Shown: positions 31,020 through 46,000, counted from the stretch's first letter. The stretch: 64,000 bases of DNA from an uncultured Planctomycetia bacterium (GCA_964572255.1 CAZNEE010000003.1:182539-246538), one strand, 5' to 3'. Translations and numbers: made by a program. The notes: generated by a model from the letters alone, not told the origin.

Positions 31020-34000
31020 TTAAAGAGCAATAGCTGTCTTTGTAATCGAGTTAATAAACTCCATTATATTTTTCATAATATCAATGGCGCTTATCGGCAT
31101 TAAATTGAACTTACCTCCAAGCATGCTTCTGATAAGATCCATATCCTTACACGCCAGCGCAAGGCCGGCCGGCTTTTCATTTACCCTGTCCTTGGTGGCC
31201 ATCCTTACCATGACGCTCATGATAGGCATCGCCGCCAAGAGAGCATTCTTACCCTTCAGGTTTTCATCTTCTGTATTCGCTATCAGCATATTAAAGAGCT
31301 CTGATGCTTTTGTCACCTTATTACTATGGTCACGGATCGCTTCCAGGTCTTCTGTATTCTCAGCAACGGCTATTGCCACGTAAGCCGCATCTGAATCGAA
31401 TCTGAGATCAGGCCGCACTTTCATCTCTTCGATACACTCGTTAACTGCCCCAACTATAGTCGACCCTTCTTCAAACTCGACTATTTCGACCTCACTTACC
31501 GGGATCTCCGCCTCGGTAATGATCCTTTCAACCTCGCCTGTCATGCCTTTATCAACCACTATGACAGGTCTTATAAACTCTATTCCATGCGCCTGTTTGG
31601 CAATATGTCTTATCATATCCTCATTGAACAAACGATCGCCCCTGGCATCAAACGCAGGAACTACTGTCTTCTCGAACAGCCCTGCTTTGTTAAAGAGTTC
31701 TGCAAGCGAAATTATGAGTTCCACCGGACTCTTCGCTTCGGTCATTTTGCGCCTGAATTCTTCTATGTCGATCTTTCCGTCCTCGATGGCTTCAGTGATC
31801 TCAGGCCTGGTCAATGCCATGGCCATTCCGTCAATAAATTCACGCGGCAGGCCTGTATCGGACATGATCTCAGGTATAAGCGTCCCCAAAGCAGCCGGTG
31901 AGACAAATCCCGGCACTTCAACAGGAGCTTCTTCAACGGCCTTTTTGATCACCGCAGGTATATGTTTCTCAAGTTCGGCTTTCTTGGCCGCTATACGTGC
32001 CGCACGATCTGCTACATCTTTTGATACTCCCGTGATCTGCATGACCCTGCTTGCGACCGCACCATCTCTGACGATCGCATCTATCTTAAACCTCAACTGG
32101 TTGATCTGTGCGGAACTGAGAGTATCCACAGAACCGGATAAGAATATTTCAAGCGCGCTGCTCAGGCCAAATCCGGCTTCACTATACCTTGCGCTCTCAA
32201 CAGCTATCATCGCCAGCACATCAAGGTCGGAACCATCCATCTCTCTTATAAGCGATAATTCTCTTGCGTCAAAATCCCCTCTGGCCTCATCGGGTATAAA
32301 CAGCTGCAGTTCGCCGCTTTCCGTCTTACGTACTTTTACAAGATCCAGATTAAACAGCTCCTGTTCGATATTAAATTTACTTGTCGGAACCTTGCCGGTC
32401 TGATACGCTACAGCAGCATCTACTGCTCTGTCACCCGACAGTTCGATCTCGACATCTTCAACCTCAAGAAGTTTTTCAAGGTTTGTTCTTACAGCATTGG
32501 GCATCTTATCTAGATCAACGGAAACTAACCTAGCACGGTCTTCTCTGAACCTTACAGCCCCACTTAACTGTTTACCTTTCTCCAATGCGGTACCCAGGAA
32601 CTGCTGAGCAAAGAATGCATGACCAACCGGCCTTACACCCGCCTTGATGCTTTCTGAAGCGATTTGTACGCCCTTTAAAAGAACCGGTACAGCTACCGCA
32701 GTTCCTAATGCAATAAGAGCGACTAATGCAACATTTAATCCTGCAGCCAATGCTGTTAAGCTTAACACAGAAACCGCGCTAAATGTCATGAGTCCTCCGA
32801 TCTGAGCAAATCCTGCCTCAGCCGACGGAACCTCAGCCGCTACAGCTGGCGAAACTTTAGCTGCTACAGCTAGTGCTTTGGTTAATTTCTCTATTGTGTC
32901 ATCTATCTTTGTCATTTGCTGTCTGATACTGCCAATTTCCTTCGTGATGTTGCCCTGTAAATCCTTAAGATCCTGCTTGGCTTTCTCTGATAGCCCACTT
33001 AACTCTTTTACTAATTCATCTAGATTACTTTGCATTTTTTCGATTTTTGGCTTTTCAGTTGCGAGAAAAGCTTTTAATTCTTCAAGCTTATCCATCTGAT
33101 CTTTTGGTACTGCCATGTTATCTCTGGCGTAGCGCTCCATTATGCCCTGCAGTTGATTAAATTCTCCTACCTTAAGGTTATAAGATCGTATCTCTTGATC
33201 AAGCATGATTTCATCGACTTGTATATTGCTTCTCAATTCTTTTTCCGCTGCTCTGGCTTCGTCTATTAACGCGCTCCGTTGATCGCTAAGCTGGTTCTCC
33301 AGCCCTTGGATCTTGTTCTTTAGTTCTTGACGTTCCCCTTCCAATAAGCGGATTCTGTTCTCCAGCTGCTGGACCTCTTTTGTCTTCGGAGCCTTTGCCT
33401 CAGCTAATTCAATGCGTTCGTAAAGATTTACCGCCTGATCCATTTGTCTGCCAAGCGTTCCGCTCCTCATGCCAAGTACTACTTCTGCATCCTGCAAAGC
33501 TCTCAGCTTATCCGACATAAGAACATCTCTGCTTAACCAATCTGCTATCTTTCCTTCTTCGGAATATTCAGATTCTAATTTCCTGATCGCGGAAATGGTT
33601 CTCTCTATATCCATTCTTTCAGCTGCCTCTCCCATTCCTTCTGAAAGCCCTTTATACGCATCCGCAACTTTTTGGATTATTTCAAAATCCGTACCCACTA
33701 ATGAAGAGAGAATAATCTCAAGCTTGACATCATATTTACCGGCTATCCTCTTAGCCTGTCTCATAGTCTTGTTCTCGATCGACACAAACTCATTAATTGC
33801 TTCTCTTCTAGTGCGAATCTTTTGTCTCTCAGGATCAAGCTCGTTAACCTTATCAGTTAACTTATCTGCTAACTCAATATTTTCTTTTAATCTTGCTTCT
33901 TTAGCCGTTTCCTGATAATACCTCAAGAGAACATCCTTTAATGCCATCTCTTGGGCCTTCTCTGCGCCAACCTTATAGTTCATCGCAAACAGAATTGAAG

Positions 34001-37000
34001 ACATAACGGCCATGAATTTTTTCATGTTCTTCTCTTCAAGCTGCATTATGTTTTCAATCGTAAATGCCTCGCCCGGCATTAAATCATTAAGGGCGATTTC
34101 AAGAGCTTCTCTTATGGTAAGCTGCCTGGATTCTTTCTTTGCTTCTTCCATTTTATCAAGCAGGCTCTGCATTCTTTCCTGAACCTGAGTGTCTGTAGTG
34201 TTCTTTATTACATACTTAATAAACACTGTATTATCTTCATCGACCTGATCAATCCTAATAGGCCTTGCATCCGTAAATCCGAGATCTGATAGAGAGATCT
34301 CTCTTGCCAGTAAAGGATCGATTGCTGATAGGGCTCCGTAGAGAGCTAGCGCTTTATTTAATAAGTCCATCACTGCTTCTCTGGTGGCTTCTTTGCCGAC
34401 AACAAATTGCCCTGTCAGACGTCTTACATTAATTAGGTCAGTTAAAAGAACCAGATTTATAAATAGAGGTGAGCCAACTTTAATATTGAAATTCCTGGCC
34501 GTCTGTATAAGATCATAAATCGTTAGTCTCTCGTATTCTTTTTCCGTCATCTTCTCTTTTAATGCACTGGCAGCAGCGGAAAGATTTTCCATCTCTTGAA
34601 CACTTAGAGAATCAACCTCGGCTCCCATCTCATCCACTTCTTTAGTTCTTAATCCATCTTCGCGCTGTACTCTTCCATCTTCAGTGATTGTTTCTTTTCC
34701 TTCAATAAGTGAACTTGCCAGGTCAGCTTTTAGTTTTGAAGCTGCCTCTACCAAAAGCTCTGTATCGACATTATAGTCCGTTGCCACTTTAACTACAGAA
34801 GCAAACGTTCTCTTATCTTCAGGCATTGCTTCAAGTTTCTGTAATGCTAAGAGTAAGGGTTTGCTGGAATCTAGAACTGAATTATATGTAATATTTGCTG
34901 ATACACCGCTGTAAGCTTTACCAAATATCTTACCCATTAACATTAACATGCTTCCTGCTATAGCTACATACCAGCTGCTTGTAAGTACCGATGCTGCTAT
35001 CATAAGTTTCGTCACATTGGATTGCGAGAACTTACTTAGAGGTCCTAAGTATTTCTTAAATTTTGAACCTTTAGATTGAACGCCTTTAAATCTATCCATG
35101 GCCTTTGATGATAGAAGCATTGAAGCTAAGATAGCTCCCTTATATAATGTTATAGTAATACCTACATAAGGAGCTAACGCAATTACTCCGGCTACTGCCC
35201 CCGCCTTAATAATCAATCTTCTAAATGGCGTATCTTTTGCCCATGCATCTTTAATGCTATCTATTCTGTCTCCTACAACAAGCTTTACCCTCTCAGTTAT
35301 CGCATCGGCGATAGTTCTTCTTGCGTTCATGTTCTTCAAGGCAAGAGTTGTAGATTCGTCAATCATTCCCATAGTCTTAAGCTCATCCGGCGTAAGGCCT
35401 GTCAATTTAACTAAATTAAGTCCCTTGAGCAGCTTTTCAATAAATACGCCTCTTAAGCTATCTGTCTTTAATCCGCCTCGTTCAATAATATCTGCTGCTT
35501 TTACATCTATCTGATTCGCAAGCTCGGCAGCTTCAGTGAGGATGCTTTCCCTTGCGTCTTTTGCTTCTGTAAGATCTGCCGCTTTTCTTAAGGTAGCTAC
35601 TGCCGGCAGCTTGTTAGCATCTCCTGCTTTTGCAAGACCGACAAGTATTAGCTCTTCCGCGGATTCACCGCGCTTATCACGCAATAGATGGCCTATTCTT
35701 GATATCAGTAAACGGGTGTGGTCTCCTATGGCCTCTCCTTTATCAAGTTCCTGGGCGGCATTATACGCTTTTACTGCATAGCGTAAATCGCCATTCGATA
35801 AAATTGTATTTAGCGTGTAAAGTGCAAAGGCCTTTTCGAATTCTCCGTTAGCAACAGCTGCTTCAGCAAGTTCTGAATAATGCGTAATATCACGTGCTGC
35901 AAAATCCACTACAATGTCAAAAACTTCGCTGGCTGCAATAAACTCACCGTCCGATCTGCGCCACCTCTGCAAGCGAGCATCAAAATCTTTTAGACCCATT
36001 ACTTCAGCTGGTATCATAAGCGCGACCATCAGTTGGCTCATGGCTTTTTGTGTTTCTTCTGCGGTTCTGTCAAATGAGAAGAACCTCTTTATTGCATTCA
36101 TTATCTTCATCCACGGCGAATAAAGCGCGAATATTTCATCAGGCTTATATAGACCGTTCCTTTCCATTAACTTGTATAATAGATCCGCATTTAGCCCGGC
36201 TTCACCAAATATAACTGAACCGTAATTACTCATATTGACAAGATTGTTATTGTACAGATTTAGAAGTGTCTTGAACTCGCTATCTTTCATCAGTGCTTCA
36301 TATTTATGCGGGTTAGTTACTTTTAATAAGCTCAATCCAGCCGGATCAGATATAAGTTCGAGATGCCTCAATGCTCTTCTTTCCGCTTCACTGATTTTGG
36401 CTGCGCTGGTTATAACTTTCCTGCCATCCTGTGAAGTGGTAAGCTTAAATTCGTTGCCAAAGACAAAGAATGTACCGAAATCCCGAACCCTCATGTTTCT
36501 GGCAAATATCTCGTCGGCATCAGTAACGTCCAGTACATTACTGTTTGTTAAGTTGAGATGAGTAGCCGCTATTACCCTGGCTTCGGATTCACTAAACATA
36601 AAAGTAGTATTATGAGCTAAAGACGCAACCATAATCTTGCCTTTTTCTGGAGCAAATTCAGCTATCATCTTTTCTGCAGCCTGCTCGGCTTCCTCTTTAG
36701 TTACATCAGGCGGTATGAATACTATACTGCCAGGAACTTTACCCTTTGAATCCATTGTTGAGGTTATTGCTTTTGCGGCAGCTACAAGAGCGGATTTTTC
36801 TCCGGTTTCCGATCTTACTAGTGTTACTTCTCTTCCGGCTATATTAGCAGTGCCGATCACTTCTGTAGACTCTCTGACTTCACTAGTCTTAGATTGATTT
36901 ATAACAGCCTCAATATCAGCTTCCAGTTCCGCGGCCGCTTGCTGCATCTGGGCTAACTGAGGTGCGGCAGACTGAAGTTCAACGCCCATTCCTATGCCTA

Positions 37001-40000
37001 ATCCTCTGATAGCAGCACCCATTCTCTGGAAGATGTTAAGCCCCTTGACTTTCTCTTTCTGACCAAATATATCAACTGCCTGCATTCCTTCAAATCTCTC
37101 CGCTCTTCTAATAGCTTCTTCTTCTGATTTTTCAGTTGCCGCTTTTGCAAGTTCCGCTATCTCCGCATCTATGCTGCTAAGCAGCTCTTGTGCTTCTACA
37201 TTGTCTCTCTGGATCTCCTGTGCCTGCAGGACAAACCCTCTTGCCAATTCCAGGTCTTGTGACCTCATCTCTTGAGCTTTTTGTAATAGATCTTTAACTT
37301 CGGCCATATTCTCTTCATGCTGCTTGATCTGATACTGCACAAACTGGTTAAGGTTAAGTTCATTTATTCCCTGGAGTTCTCTGCCTTCAATAACAAGCAC
37401 TTCATTGACAATATTCGCACTTGCCTGCTCAAAGAAACCCTGCGCCTCTTTTATCTTATCGGATGAACTATCAAGGCTCTCGTAGAACTGCCCTTTAGCA
37501 TCAGCGCTTATCTCTTCTATCATGCGCTGCGTGAAGTAGCCCGTTAATATTTTTCCGAGGGCGACCTTTATCTCGTCAACTGTATTTTTCCTTATAACAG
37601 ATTCTATATTAGAAAGCTTGAGCTCTATTCCAAAGGTATCCTTTATGTCCCGTAAAATGCTCTGGAAGCCTGCACTTGTTACCTCTTCGGACATATACTT
37701 ATCAACCATCTGGCTTACTCTATGATCTAAGTACTCAGGTGTCCCGAGATCATAGCTTATACCGCTTCTTGAATCTATAAGACTTATGAGCCTGTTAGCA
37801 AGCTCAAATATAATGGTCTCTTCCCTGGCCTGATGCCTTATGCTTCTTACCTGCATATTAACTATGTTCTTTTGCGCCTGGGTAAATGCGGTCTTAAGTA
37901 CGTTCTTATCAGCTTCTGAAAGTTTTTCTCCTCTTTCAAGCATTTCCTGCGCCTGTTTGAGCAGATCTCCTCCCTTCAGGAACCCTCTCTTGAGGAATTC
38001 CATTTGCGCCTCAAGACATATCAAGTTAGTTGTGATACCGATTACGCCCTGACGTCCTGACCTTCCTCTGACCTGATCATCAACTCTTACTGAATCATAA
38101 AATCCCATGCTGACCTGCTGGAGACCCCATTCTCTGGCAGCCTTGGAAACTTTAATATCCGTTCCTCTTCCGCTAATAGGTGTTGATATGGTTATCATCC
38201 CTCCTAAGCCGGCCCTATCAACAATTACATCTTCTTCGCTTTCGTTCGAGGCATCAAGCATCTGAAAATACGGAACGCCTTTCTTCTCGTCAGTTCCTCT
38301 CATCTCAGTTTCAATGAGTTCCAAAGATTCTTTCGGTGAAAGTTTTTGTCCGTCAATTTCTCTCTTCGCAGTCGCAAGTAACTGAGCAAAATTTTCTTTT
38401 TGAAGTATTCCTTTAACTCTTAGAGCATCATTCACGCCAAGTGTATGGATAACTAAAGGCTTGCCTTCCCTCACAGCGTCATGAACAAGTTGCAATAGAA
38501 AAGCTGTTCTTTCAGCTTCCGTTAAGAAGTATTGCTCAGGCATATCCTCTCTGCGCATAATACTGTGCCTTGCAACCTTAAATATATTCATTCCATACAG
38601 CTCTCTCATCATACCCATCTCTGCCATGCTGGAAGCAATAGTTCCTGTCATACCTGATACATCGCCAAAAAGTGATATAAGGTCTTTTGCGGTTATCCTT
38701 GAAGTGGTCCTGCTCTTGCTTCTTATGCTTAAATCTTCTTTTGCTTCTATAAGCTGATGTAACTCACCCTGCAGTCTCTGGCCTGTTTGCGTTCTTCCGG
38801 TATCTTTACCTATAAGAAGTATCTGGTTTTCACGTTTAACATAATCACGGCCTTCAACATATGTATGCTGGGCTTGCAGGGCCTGTCTTACATAGTTAGT
38901 CCATTCCTCTCTAGCTTCTTTGTCCCATTTTTCTTTTGCTTCTTGTAAAACCTGATCAAGAACATCTCTATCCAATTCCTGTTTAGAGTAATTTCTTAGA
39001 CTGTTAAGCCCGCTAACCACAGCCTTCTGAAGCTTTTTCCTGCCTGCTTCAGTGAAACCAACCTCCTTGGTAACTTCGTTATACCAAGCATCATATTCGC
39101 CTTCTCTGTCTATTGCCTCGACAATATCTCCTGTTCGTTTCACACTAGAAGCATCTATCTCTGTCTCTTTACCTGTAAGTCTCATTGCGAACATGTTAAG
39201 ACTTGCAACATTAAAGTTCTCAAGAACTGCCCTTGCAGCACCTCTTAATCTGATCTGGTCATACATGTTCAGCGGTCCCGTGCGTCCTGACATGATAAAC
39301 TGTGTCTTAGCCTGGTCTATCAATAAGCTATCGACTTCATCAAGACAAGCGGACATTTTCTTAAGATGGTCGTAGTATCCCTCGCCCTGGAATATATATC
39401 GTTCACTTCTTCTTATGTCAGGCGTGTCTCTATCATGAAGAACATCAAATGCCCAAGTATCTATTGCTACATACGTAACATCTTTAGCATAGGCGGCTCT
39501 TCTTGCCTGATCCCTTTCTGCCTGAGTTGCTCCTTCCATATCGCGCTGCACAAGACCGACCTCTAAACCAAGTAAGTCCTGCAGAATAGGTACTGCTTCT
39601 TTTTCATAAGCCACTCTGGCGTAATAATCAGCCTGAACCGCAACTAATGATCCTGTACCTTCTATACCCTTTAGATATGCCCTTAAGACACCGACTATAG
39701 TTTTACCTTCACCTGTAGCAAGTTCCGCGATCCATCTTGAATTTCTTCTTGAGACTACAAGTGCCGCTTTTATTTGTTCGACATGCGGCGTGTATCCATT
39801 TTGTGCTAGTATAGCCATTGATGCGACAGCCAGCATTTCTCGCTTCATCCCGCGAGTAATGCGATCACGCTTACTCTTAAATTCTTTCGTTTTTTCCTTA
39901 CCTACTTCTTCGACTATTTCTTTTAACTTATCTTGAAGATTTGTGCCTACACTCACAGCTAGTAAAAGCTTTACTTCTTCGCTTGCCAAAGCCCTGATAT

Positions 40001-43000
40001 TTATCTCTCTTCCCAGAACAGCTATAATATTTTTAGAAAGATCGCTGGATAACTCGTTATATGAAGTCCTATTAGTTCTTACTCCTAAGATCCTCATGGC
40101 ATTAGCAAAATCTTTTTCACTGAGAGTTTTTATCCTATCAACGATCACATCTAAGTTAGTCCTACCCTCTGCAACCGTAGCTTCATAGTTTAATATAACA
40201 TTTTCCTCTACGCCTAGAAGCTGGGCAAGTCTCTTTCTCTGCATCTCACGCATTGATGTTTCCTTGACGGCATTACTTATTGCCACCATACCGGCTCTGT
40301 CACTAACTGCATCTTTAAGGTTATTTCTCTCTTCCTCGCTAAGTTGAGTCAGGAATTTATTGCCTATATTCATGGCATATTTATCTACAAGATTCATTGT
40401 AAGTCCTGCCATAAATGCATCTCTCGCACTGAAAAGCGCGATCGCTTGTGCTCTATCGGTAAGGTAATCTGTAATCCTCTGCAAGATACTTCCTGCTTTA
40501 AATCTGTCGGAAATAGCAGCAAGCTTCGTTCTTACAACTTCTGACCAGAAGGTTGCCCATCCGGCTTGAATCCTTCCCCTAACAGCTGCTTGTCTGGAAG
40601 TGATCCAATTTATCACGGCATTCCCTTTAAGAACTTTTACAGCATCTATGTCGGACGGCCTTAATCTTTCTACGCCTTCAATGTCCTGATTTATCTTCTC
40701 AACAGCTTCTTGTTCCTTAACCTGCTCTAACTTATAACCTTCATTAATATAATCTCTGAGCTGTTCTTTCTTCTTGATGGTTAAATCATTAATTCTTGTC
40801 AGAACACCGGTGCTGGCAGCAATAGTGGAAGTTTCTCTTGCTAATGTATAAAGCAAGTTTTGTCCGACTTCGTATTCAAATACGCCTTCTTCGATAAGGT
40901 CCTTCGTGATCCTTGATATTCTATCAACCGCCGCAGATCTTTCATTTAATACTTCAATAACCTGCCTTAAGTCAGCTCCCTCGAAAACCTGGATGCCTAA
41001 CAGCCGCATTGCCCTGACCATATTCTCAGCGGCTTTTTCATCAACAAAACTCTTTGTATCCACCGTCTTTCTGGCAACTTCTTGTGCGATAGCATCAACC
41101 GTAGTAAGCTTACTTATCGTATTTTCACTAATACCCATATCTTTTAATGCTTCGACTTGATCATTCGTAAGAACAGCCTTGCCGTCCACTGTCCTAATAG
41201 TCTCCTCAAGCATCTTCTTGACTGTTGCAGCAGCCATGGGAGCTACTCCATAAACCGAGAATATAGCAAGTTGTTCCGGGCCCATGGCAGGTAAAACCTC
41301 AGCAAGCGCTTGTATTGCCAATAATGAATCGGCATTTAAGCTCCTCAATAATATACTTGGTCTTGATGTGAGGACATCCTCCATAAGCGTATAATCCGAA
41401 GTTAAGGCCATGACCAGATCACCCATTGTCCTCATAAGCTCAGCTGATTCCATTCTGGCAAGCGCATCAACCTGATAATACTGCATAACCTGTCCGGCAA
41501 GGTTAAACTGTTCTCTGTTTTCTTCGGTTAGCTTAGCCAATACAGGATCGGTAACTTCAATGCCGAGCTCTCTGACAACTTGCATATTAGGCGCGCTTAT
41601 AATTAATGCATTTCTGAACAGGTTATTCATGTCCACCTTTACGCCAATAGCAGCGAAACCGGCACCTAATAAGTATTCGCCCAAATTATTGGCCAGCTGC
41701 AACTTTTCTTTAGCTGTAAGATTGCCAAAGTTATATGCTGACAGGTCTATATTTAAATCTCTGAGTTCTGATTCGATGGAACTTATATCTCCGTTGCTGT
41801 TTGCCAGTAATGATCCTATAACGATCCTATCAATATGGAATGCAACATCCTGTTCTCTTAAAGTACCTAAGTTCTGTATAAAAGCGCGGGCAATATCAGC
41901 TCTTGCATTTTGCTTTGTAGTGCTACCTAGGGATTCAAGTTCTGATTCTAATCCCTCTTTTTGATCGATCAGTCTTTCAGTATTTACTATATTCGCCGAT
42001 ATCTTCACATCCATCATCCAGCCTTCAACTATGCCGGCTCTTCTGTTGCTGATGAACTCACCAACGGTATGCTCTCTGTTCCTATCTACGAACTTGGCTT
42101 CCCTTTCTCTTATTTCCGCATCTAAGCTCGCTATCTTTGAACGATATTCAGAAAGTATCTCTGCGGAAACTTCTCTGACCGCGGCAGTTTTCTCAACACT
42201 ATTTATCACGTGATCGATGGTGGATTGTTTCCAACCAAGTGCCTCATTGAGCTGGTTCACGATAGCCCTTAGATCACGCGCATACTGGATAACTGCACCC
42301 AGAACTACCTGTGTAAAATTCCTGCCTATTCCCATATTGTTGGCGACCTCACGCATGATCAAAGTCTTGGCCGCATCAGTTGATTGTGAGACTGAACGTA
42401 ACAGAGCGGCTTCATTTTTCTGCATGCCGAGTGAAACAAGAATATCCATATGTTCACCCGTTATATTGCCGCCTGAGAGATTAATTATGATGGACCCGGC
42501 TTCCCTGCTAAGGTCTTGAGTTAAATTAGTGACTTCACCTATCTTCTTGGACACATTGTTCAATGCCAAGTAAGCTGTCCCGGAAGTTCCCTGCTGCTGA
42601 TCAAAGCTGTTAAGTCTGTCAACTATGTTTATAAAGCTCTGTGCGTCCGCCTTAGTCATTCCGATCTTCTCAAAGAGTTTTTCTCTTGCTGAAATATTAG
42701 CGGTATCAACCCGGGCCAATGAAAGAGCTGCCATCATGACCACATTGCCTTCATTTACAGAGCCTTCCGCCATTCTCTGGCCTATCTGCCTCAGGACAAG
42801 ATCGCCTACTTGAGCGTCCCGGCTGAACGCCTGATAAACTCCGAATATTCTAGGTGTAGAGTCTTTAGTGATGCCGAACTCTTTCAGGAGGTTAGCATTA
42901 AGCTCAGTGGCAAAAGCCTGCATGCCGAATGTTTCTATCATGGCACCGGCAAAAACTCCTCTTAAGGCTGACTCGTTAACAACAGGTTTTTGTGAAGCGT

Positions 43001-46000
43001 TGTCCAGAGTTATAAAATTAAATTCTCCTGTATTTCTCATGATGTTTGCCCCGGCTATTGTCAGTACCTCGTTTACATGTTCTCTAGACATATCACTGTT
43101 AACCAGAGCAAGAGCAAAGCCGGTTACTGTATTATCAATGCCCATCTCATCAAAGGTGTCGGCTATCTGTTGTGCCTCTTCTTTAGTTGAAGCCTGGCCT
43201 ATATGGCTTATTACAGCACCGCCAATTGCTTGACTTAACTGGACTCTTAGATCTTTAGCTGCGCTTGCTCCCAGCCGGCTAAGAAGTGCCTGACCCGCCT
43301 GAGATAGTACGCTTCCCATCTTTGACTTTTCCATATCCTTCAGAATACTTGTATCTGCATCCGTAAGGCCTAAGTCTTTGAGCATGGCCGCATCACCCAA
43401 TGATCCGCTCATCATCCTTGCGGCAAGATCGATCGTTCCAAATGTTGATGAGAAGTTTCCTTCTGAGATGACACCGTTTAGAGTAAGATATGATATAACA
43501 TCCAAGAGTTTCTGAGATTTACTGTCTTCCCCAATATCAGCTTCCGCCATCCTGCCGATCGCTTCAAAATCTTTGTTAGCTACTGCCGCGAGAATCGCTT
43601 TGTTCTGATTAGCAAAACCCTGTATCTGTGTTGCAGCTTCCAATAACCCTGCCTCTGAAAGCTGTTCCCTAACGTTTGCATCAGTAAGATCGCTCTTTGC
43701 AAGGTCATTTGTTAAGTCATTTAATTTTTCTTGAGTAACAAGCCCTGATTGTGCATCATGGATTATCCGTGGTGCATTTTCTCCGAAAGCCTGAATAAGC
43801 GCTTCTCTCTGCTGGGTGTTAGATAGATCAATATTGTCCACCGCGACTCCAAGAGCGCCTCTTACTAAGTCTCTCTTTATCGCGCTTAAGTTCACCCCGC
43901 CGTCAACATCGAAAAATTCGACCAAGATCTCGCGCAAATTTTCATCCGGTACCCAGAAAAGAAGTACATTGGCCAGTATCGGTTCTTTGATCGCCTCTTC
44001 CCAGAAACCGGATTTAGTCATTGCATCTCCTATTCCTTTACCGAATTTTCTGATCCATCCGCCGACTGTTTTACCAAAACTCAAGGTCCAGCTATAAACT
44101 CCGGTTGTTATGCTGCCGGTAAGAGCTGTAAGTCCTATTGATCTGCCAATCGCACCTAACAATTGGCCTGTATAAGCAGGAACTATTCCGAGGAAATTAA
44201 ACACGCCCATAAATATCATGTGGCCGGTAAATCTCTGTGCGGAAGTAAATATCTCTACTATTCCTGCAACACCTTCGCGCTGTTTCATGCTGTAGATCAT
44301 CATACCGATATCACGGCCTATGGTCCTTATAATGTTCCTGCTCTTTGTAATGCTCCACAAGGCTATAGTATCCGCACTTGCACCGCTAATTGGAAGTACT
44401 GTCGCAAAAGCATGCAAAGTAAACTGCAATGTAAAGGTAAGTCTTAAAAATTCACCCGCCATATGGGCCGGATGGAAACCCTTCATTGAGTGCATCAGAA
44501 CAGCTTTAAAACCTTTTACTGTTACTTGTTTCCCAAGTGCATCTGTGTAGCTTATCTTAAGCACAAAATCCCACCTGGAAGCTATGGCTTTAGCAGCCAT
44601 GGTTATGCCTCTTGCTATAACTCTTGTAAGCGCCCTGACAGGCCAGGTAACTACCTTCAAAATAGCCTGTCCCACGGTCCCCATAGCCTGCCACATAATC
44701 TGAACTCCGCTCCACCAGGCTTGTGCAAGAGGAACGATCGCATACTTCCAAGTTACAGTTGTTATTGCTTTGATAGCTGTTACCCACATTGCAATTTGTA
44801 TTTTCGCGCCTGTCCACATTAACTTCGCTATAAAGTTTATTCCGGTATATTTTCCAACCGCCATTAGAAACTTACCGACCGCTACAGCTGTATTAACTAC
44901 CGCTGTTCTAATAGCATAAAATGCACCTTGCTGGATCAGGTATTTTGCGGCCCATCTTTCAGCGGCTACTACGCCTATATTCTGCAAGACCCTGCCAATA
45001 CCTGAAGTGCCGGCTATAAAGACGATATCGGCCAGTAAACTTAATGCTCCTTTTATAATAGTATGTTTTTCAAAGAACACATTTAATTCTTCATAGGTTC
45101 TTGCCTCGGCAAAATATTGAACTGTTGCAACGGCAAGAGTAAATGCCGCGGCTGCGACTAATGTAAAAGCTGCCGCTGAAGACGAGATGATAGTACCTGC
45201 GCCGACTGAAAGGGTCATACCTAATATTGTTGCTGTAGCTGTTGCTGCTGATGTTGCCGCTGATGCCGCTACAGCTGCAGCAACTGCAATATAAGCGCCG
45301 ACAACTGCAAGAATAGCTACTACAACAACTGCTGCCTTGCCCAAGAAACCAGAATTCCAAGTATCACTTACAAACATCACGGTAGAATTAATTCCAACAT
45401 TATTCATATAGAACTTAAATGCTTCAGCGCCTGCATCGGTATGTTCAAGTATGCTGCTGCCATTGACCATATCGTAATGACTTGTTCTTGAAACATCGGC
45501 ATTAGCCGCGCCAAATATTGCGGTATTCCAGAATGTGTCGTGATAATCACCATGAAATAGTACAGTGTTGCGTCCGGTAACCATAGTTGATCCATGAGCG
45601 GCGCCAAGAGCATACACATTGCCTTTTTCTTCATTAAAATGCATATAAGCCCTTGCTACTCTGCCTGAGAGAGATTCCTGGCCGAATACCATGAGATGCG
45701 CAACATCTAAAAGATCGCCTTCAACATTATATTTTGCCATCATGCTGACTTCATAATCGTTCCAGATTATGTCATCCTCGAACATCGTTTCGACTCTTAT
45801 AAATGCTACTTCGCCCATGTTGCTCTGCGTATCAACAGCGCCTTCCTTGGCAGAAACTACAGCATTCATATTTCCTTCATTCATTCCGGTCGGAGTATAA
45901 AGAGTAAGGTTTACGACCGTATCATCCGCAAGATAACAATTTTCACCTATAGTACCTTGAGCTTCCAGCTTGTCCGTAAGCCGGTTGATTATGCTGTCGA

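Noticed and set aside
32660-32830. EAG-FAQIG before a hydrophobic stretch as a type IV prepilin cleavage site
   Set aside because: It lacks the basic leader and the Glu at +5, and it is internal. Too weak to support.
37400-39940. Calling this the housekeeping secA gene
   Set aside because: It is in frame within an ORF of more than 10000 aa, has no own start or stop, and diverges at several conserved positions, so no gene symbol is assigned.
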